Part shown: positions 60,186 through 64,000 of the stretch, piece after piece | Position numbering within the stretch: position 1 is the stretch's first letter | How the letters are laid out: each line of letters begins with the position of its first letter | Source: a phage | Length of the DNA: 64,000 nucleotides | Sequence record: PQ400055.1 | Strand: one strand, 5' to 3' | The notes under the pieces: generated by a model | The model's database searches: none | Told to the model about the DNA's origin: nothing | Seen by the model: the letters and a program-made list of their open reading frames with translations, nothing else | Position numbers and translations under genes: made by a program

Positions 60186-60228
60186 TAAATAGGGGCTTTA
60201 ATGCCCCTTTATTCTACGGAGATTAAAA

Positions 60229-60465
60229 ATGATTAGCTTTAAACGTTTTTTGGTTGAGGCCGCTATTGACGGTTTCATGCGTAAGATTTATTCTTGTAAT
60301 ACTATCGAGGGATTAAATGAACTTGAGGCATATTATGAGAAGCGCAAGAAAGAAACAGAATTGAAACCTGCTGATGATATTTCGATCCGTGATGCCATCG
60401 CTGGACGCCGTAAGCAACTGGAAGCGGACAACGAGCCGGAAGAGGAGCCGGAAGAGGATTTTTAA
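60229..60465 (+). CDS. uvsW.1: UvsW.1-like small protein
   Basis: 78 aa directly after uvsW. Confidence 0.6.
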   Translation: MISFKRFLVEAAIDGFMRKIYSCNTIEGLNELEAYYEKRKKETELKPADDISIRDAIAGRRKQLEADNEPEEEPEEDF

Positions 60466-60470
60466 GATAT

Positions 60471-60495
60471 AAAAAAGCCCCATCAATGATGGGGC
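60471..60495 (-). terminator. intrinsic terminator for minus-strand uvsY transcript
   Basis: Hairpin gccccatcattgatggggc followed by UUUUUU on minus strand. Confidence 0.6.
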
Positions 60496-60528
60496 AAAAT
60501 AAACCAATTAAAATCGGTTATCAACAAA

Positions 60529-60705
60529 TTACATTAACAGCATTGTTTGCTCTACGAGTTGTTCTTGTTCTTCGCCGTTCGCATCTTCACTAATCGAACG
60601 TTCTGTTACTAGCTGTAAGCAGTAGCCAGTGTGAACAACGCCGTTTTCTGTCTGGACGGATAACGCATCCTCGACAGGTTGTTTACAACAAATACAGATT
60701 TTCAT
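60529..60705 (-). CDS. small Cys-rich ORF (58 aa) downstream of uvsY, not in ORF track
   Basis: Perfect AGGAGG SD; MKICICCKQPVEDALSVQTENGVVHTGYCLQ... Confidence 0.5.
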   Translation of the reverse strand: MKICICCKQPVEDALSVQTENGVVHTGYCLQLVTERSISEDANGEEQEQLVEQTMLLM

Positions 60706-60726
60706 AAAAATTCCTCCTGCATGTAT

Positions 60727-61134
60727 TTAGCGACCAGATTCCAGCATACGCAATTCTATAGCATTCTTGATCGCAAAGCCACGAGATTTAACGATATCAA
60801 GTGCGCGACCAGAAAAATCCATTACCATCTGGTAATATGCAATTTTCGTATCAAGCGGTAAGATCTCGTCGTCTGCTGCCATGACAACTTTCAATTCTGA
60901 TTTCTCATATTCAGCACGACACCAGTCATCACTACGGTTAGTGTAAAAATCAAGACGATTTTTCATAGCCTTTTTCTTTTTAGCCTCAAGAGCAATCGTC
61001 TCTCTTTTCGCCTCGCTGTAAATCCTTAACCACTTTGAGTATACTACCGGATTATTCAGCGCCTCCCATTGCAACTTAGTCGCATCGATCTTCATGTCAG
61101 CTTCTAATTGTTCTTTCAAATCGTTTAGGTCCAT
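60727..61134 (-). CDS. uvsY: UvsY recombination mediator
   Basis: ...KLQWEALNNPVVYSKWL...LDIVKSRGFAIKNAIELR matches T4 UvsY as recalled. Confidence 0.92.
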   Translation of the reverse strand: MDLNDLKEQLEADMKIDATKLQWEALNNPVVYSKWLRIYSEAKRETIALEAKKKKAMKNRLDFYTNRSDDWCRAEYEKSELKVVMAADDEILPLDTKIAYYQMVMDFSGRALDIVKSRGFAIKNAIELRMLESGR

Positions 61135-61181
61135 AATATCCCCTTATTCACACTAAGACCTATATCATATCACACACAAAA

Positions 61182-61580
61182 TCACTTTGCAAGTCTTATG
61201 CGTAGTTGTTCAAGATCATCTGGGTTATCTATTACTGAAAAGTAGATTGATACTATGATTGAGTTATCGTCGTACTGCGGAGTTACTTCTACTGTCAGGT
61301 TTCGGACCCGTGGTTCATAGTTTCGGATCGCCTCATTGATGTTTTTTGATAAGGTATCCACCGTCAGTGGGTTCATGTTCTCAAACAAAGATTTATTGAG
61401 ATCGCATCCAAACAGTGGATCAAATGGACGAGATCCCTTGCGAGTAGTCACGATCAGTAGAATAGAATCCTTAACCGCTTTAATCCCTATGTTCTTTTTA
61501 ACGTCGTTATTCCACGATCTGGATATATTGAGATCCAAATCAGTATACATCTGATTAATAGTTGCCATGTTATACCTCAA
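61182..61580 (-). CDS. 25: baseplate wedge protein gp25
   Basis: TTRKGSRPFDPLFGCDL...RNYEPR...FSVIDNPDD matches T4 gp25 as recalled. Confidence 0.93.
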   Translation of the reverse strand: MRYNMATINQMYTDLDLNISRSWNNDVKKNIGIKAVKDSILLIVTTRKGSRPFDPLFGCDLNKSLFENMNPLTVDTLSKNINEAIRNYEPRVRNLTVEVTPQYDDNSIIVSIYFSVIDNPDDLEQLRIRLAK

Positions 61581-62206
61581 AGAATTTTAAGGAAACTGGA
61601 TAGACCTGATAATGAATATACACCAGATTCCCCGCATTCGCACTTGATCGGTACTGCCAGCGTGATTTGATTTCTTGTTAGCTCGTCGATCACTTCTTCC
61701 ACTTTATCCGTGGTAAGCATATCCAGCACGCGGTCAAAGTCCTGTGCGTTCAGGTCGTCTATATTGAATTGCTGATCGCCGATCACGATATATTCGATAC
61801 ATGCAATTACCATCTGCATAATATCAACATCTTCTGTAAACTTAGGTTGACGAAACTTGATTTTTACTTGTCCTAAGTCTAGAATATATGGTTCAACTTC
61901 TGGTATCTGTGTGCGTGAAACATCAAGAGAGTATACTTTCTCTTTATTGCATACACCACACACCCAAGTAGCATCAATTTTCATCTTATTGAGGCTGTGA
62001 CACCATAAGAGAAGAAAAATATATTCTGCTTCGCATTTCTCTAGCTCTAATGCATTGATCCCCGTACATTCATGTATGATCTCTATAACAACCTCTGACA
62101 GCTTGCCAGTCTCTTTTGCTGCTACCAGTTTTTGAAATTCGCCGAAGGTGAAAGCACGGGCGTGTATCAACTTTTCGCCTAATTGGATCTTGAAAAAGTA
62201 TTGCAT
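61577..62206 (-). CDS. 26: baseplate hub protein gp26
   Basis: 209 aa, synteny. Confidence 0.75.
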   Translation of the reverse strand: MQYFFKIQLGEKLIHARAFTFGEFQKLVAAKETGKLSEVVIEIIHECTGINALELEKCEAEYIFLLLWCHSLNKMKIDATWVCGVCNKEKVYSLDVSRTQIPEVEPYILDLGQVKIKFRQPKFTEDVDIMQMVIACIEYIVIGDQQFNIDDLNAQDFDRVLDMLTTDKVEEVIDELTRNQITLAVPIKCECGESGVYSLSGLSSFLKIL

Positions 62207-62248
62207 AATAAAACACCCTTTATAAACACATAGAATTATTTAGTATTT

Positions 62249-62256
62249 TATAAATA
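62249..62256 (+). promoter_or_regulatory. T4-type late promoter TATAAATA
   Basis: Exact TATAAATA upstream of gp51. Confidence 0.55.
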
Positions 62257-62276
62257 CCCGAAAGGGGGATTATACC

Positions 62277-63047
62277 ATGAATATTATCCGAATAAAACTA
62301 CCGGAAGGTGTGCAGAGATTTAAACCATTCACGGTAAAAGATTATAGAGATTTCCTTCTGGTGTCAACTGAAATTAAGATGAATCCAGAAGAAGAACAAA
62401 CGATTCTTGATGAGCTATTAGAAGAAATATATCCAGACGTAGATCCGGCATTTCGTGAATATATTTTCCTGAATGTCTTTACTAGTTCAATTGGTAAAAC
62501 TAAGATACCGCTTTGTTTTACTTGCCCGACTTGCAACAAAGAAAGAAGAATGTTGCTTAACTTACAGGTTGAAGCACTAAAACCAATCGTTCTAGAGGCC
62601 GCAGGGCTTAAAATAACTTTCCGGTATGTTAAACCATCAACCGACTATGCAAAAACGTTTCTGGATGCGATAGAGCGTGTATCTGATGGTATTAATGACT
62701 ATCTATGGACTGAATTGCCGGAAGAAGTTAGAGAACAGGTTATCGATTCAATCTCATTTTCTGAATTTGAAGAAGTTGTTAAGCAGATGCACACAATCAA
62801 GATCGAACAAAAGATATCTTGTTGTGAGAGTCATGACCTGAAATACATAGGTCTTCTTCCATTATTCAAATTGTTGTTGAATCCAGATGAGTTATTCATC
62901 TTTTATCGAATAAACCATCTATTGGCAAAATCAAATTATTCTATCAGTGATCTTATGGACATGTTGCCCGTCGAGAGAAACATTGCACTGACACTGGTCG
63001 AGAAAGACGTAAAAGAGGCAAACAATGCAAAGAACGGGGTTTCCTAA
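62277..63047 (+). CDS. 51: baseplate hub assembly protein gp51
   Basis: 256 aa, synteny between 26 and 27. Confidence 0.7.
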   Translation: MNIIRIKLPEGVQRFKPFTVKDYRDFLLVSTEIKMNPEEEQTILDELLEEIYPDVDPAFREYIFLNVFTSSIGKTKIPLCFTCPTCNKERRMLLNLQVEALKPIVLEAAGLKITFRYVKPSTDYAKTFLDAIERVSDGINDYLWTELPEEVREQVIDSISFSEFEEVVKQMHTIKIEQKISCCESHDLKYIGLLPLFKLLLNPDELFIFYRINHLLAKSNYSISDLMDMLPVERNIALTLVEKDVKEANNAKNGVS

Positions 63048-64000
63048 TGTCTCAATAAAACTTTATCAGGATTATGAGGCATTTCTAAATCATCGCTTTA
63101 TAGAATTGGGTGCTACCTTTGTTACAATGACTCTGCGTGATTCGATTCGTGGGGTGAACGAAGGATTGTTGCAATTCTATGATAATAAGGCGATGCATAC
63201 AAAATTAAACGGGAGAGAGATCATTCAGATTTCGCTATCCACTGCTAATACAGATGAAGTGTTTAACCGAATCTATGGGATCTCTCATAGTAATGTAACA
63301 ATTGACCAAAAATCCGACAACATTTTAACATTCCAGTTAAAGAGCTATCACGAATCATTAAACCTTAAATTTTCTCGCTCATTGACAAATAACGCGGTTA
63401 ATAACGTAACTAGCATGATTGATGCCATCTATAAGGAAGTTCCTTTATGGAAACCTACTATAAAGGGTGATAACGTTGTTATTCCTCGTTGTCCGTGGGT
63501 TAGTACCATAAATGACTATATGGATTTTGTGAGGGCATACGGGCAAAGCGTAGAAACCGAGTCTTTCGTGTATTGCTGGGAAGATTTTGATGGTATAACG
63601 ATCGCTGGACACGATACAATATTAAAAAATGAGCCAATACCAGCTATAATCTTTGAGCCTAGACTCATGGGGCAGTTTATTGATATGTCGCCTAATCTGA
63701 TGGTTTTTAATTTCGAGTGGCAGACTAAGAGCAATGCTAAAGTTAAAAATTCATTTAGCAATGTGACATACACAACTATTGATTTTGTTACTAAGCAGTA
63801 TAATAAAATTATTGTTGGTAATGGGGATAACATTGCACACTTTGCTCATGGTGGCGCTTATGGCGATTTAACTTATAAGAATGCGTTTTTGGAAGGTTCT
63901 AAACTTGCCACAATAGAACAATATGATTCATATGCTACCGCCGTGTGTCACGGTAATTTTTCGTTGCGCCCCGGTATGGTTATTCGATTCTTTGATGAGA
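63025..64000 (+). CDS. 27: baseplate hub protein gp27 (partial, runs off window end)
   Basis: Hand translation from ATG 63025: MQRTGFPNVSIKLYQDY... resembles T4 gp27 N-terminus as recalled; no stop within window. Confidence 0.8.
   Translation, partial: MQRTGFPNVSIKLYQDYEAFLNHRFIELGATFVTMTLRDSIRGVNEGLLQFYDNKAMHTKLNGREIIQISLSTANTDEVFNRIYGISHSNVTIDQKSDNILTFQLKSYHESLNLKFSRSLTNNAVNNVTSMIDAIYKEVPLWKPTIKGDNVVIPRCPWVSTINDYMDFVRAYGQSVETESFVYCWEDFDGITIAGHDTILKNEPIPAIIFEPRLMGQFIDMSPNLMVFNFEWQTKSNAKVKNSFSNVTYTTIDFVTKQYNKIIVGNGDNIAHFAHGGAYGDLTYKNAFLEGSKLATIEQYDSYATAVCHGNFSLRPGMVIRFFDE

Overview
This window reads as a T4-like (Tevenvirinae-type) myovirus genome segment, almost entirely coding. Positions 1-16.7 kb are an early/accessory region on the minus strand (gp38-like adhesin fragment, rI, tk, macro-domain protein, SLT-like periplasmic protein, regB, a pol-beta-fold nucleotidyltransferase, GrcA-like glycyl-radical protein, M15 peptidase, many small membrane proteins, 57B/57A, gene 1), driven by at least nine near-identical sigma70-type promoters with hairpin terminators. 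Positions 16.7-20.7 kb hold genes 3, 2 and 4 with an endonuclease insertion hotspot. Positions 20.8-54.3 kb are the plus-strand late morphogenesis block in T4 order (53, 5, 5.4, 6-12, wac, 13-24), followed by a DprA-like gene, hoc, inh-position gene, uvsW, uvsY, 25, 26, 51 and partial 27. Protein assignments rest on reading the supplied translations against T4 sequences recalled from memory and on synteny; no database search was run. The most striking features are: (1) the terminase large subunit gene (gp17) is interrupted right after its Walker-B IYIDE by an intein-like element that appears naturally split, with a ~26-aa N-part fused in frame to a Zn-ribbon/nuclease-like domain and a separately initiated C-part ORF; (2) a promoter- and terminator-bounded three-gene cassette with a SAM-dependent NPPF methyltransferase inserted between baseplate genes 8 and 9; (3) accessory genes with plausible anti-defence roles (macro domain, nucleotidyltransferase, DprA-like domain); (4) a repeated ~50-nt element at two distant loci. 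No rRNA, tRNA or CRISPR array was found.
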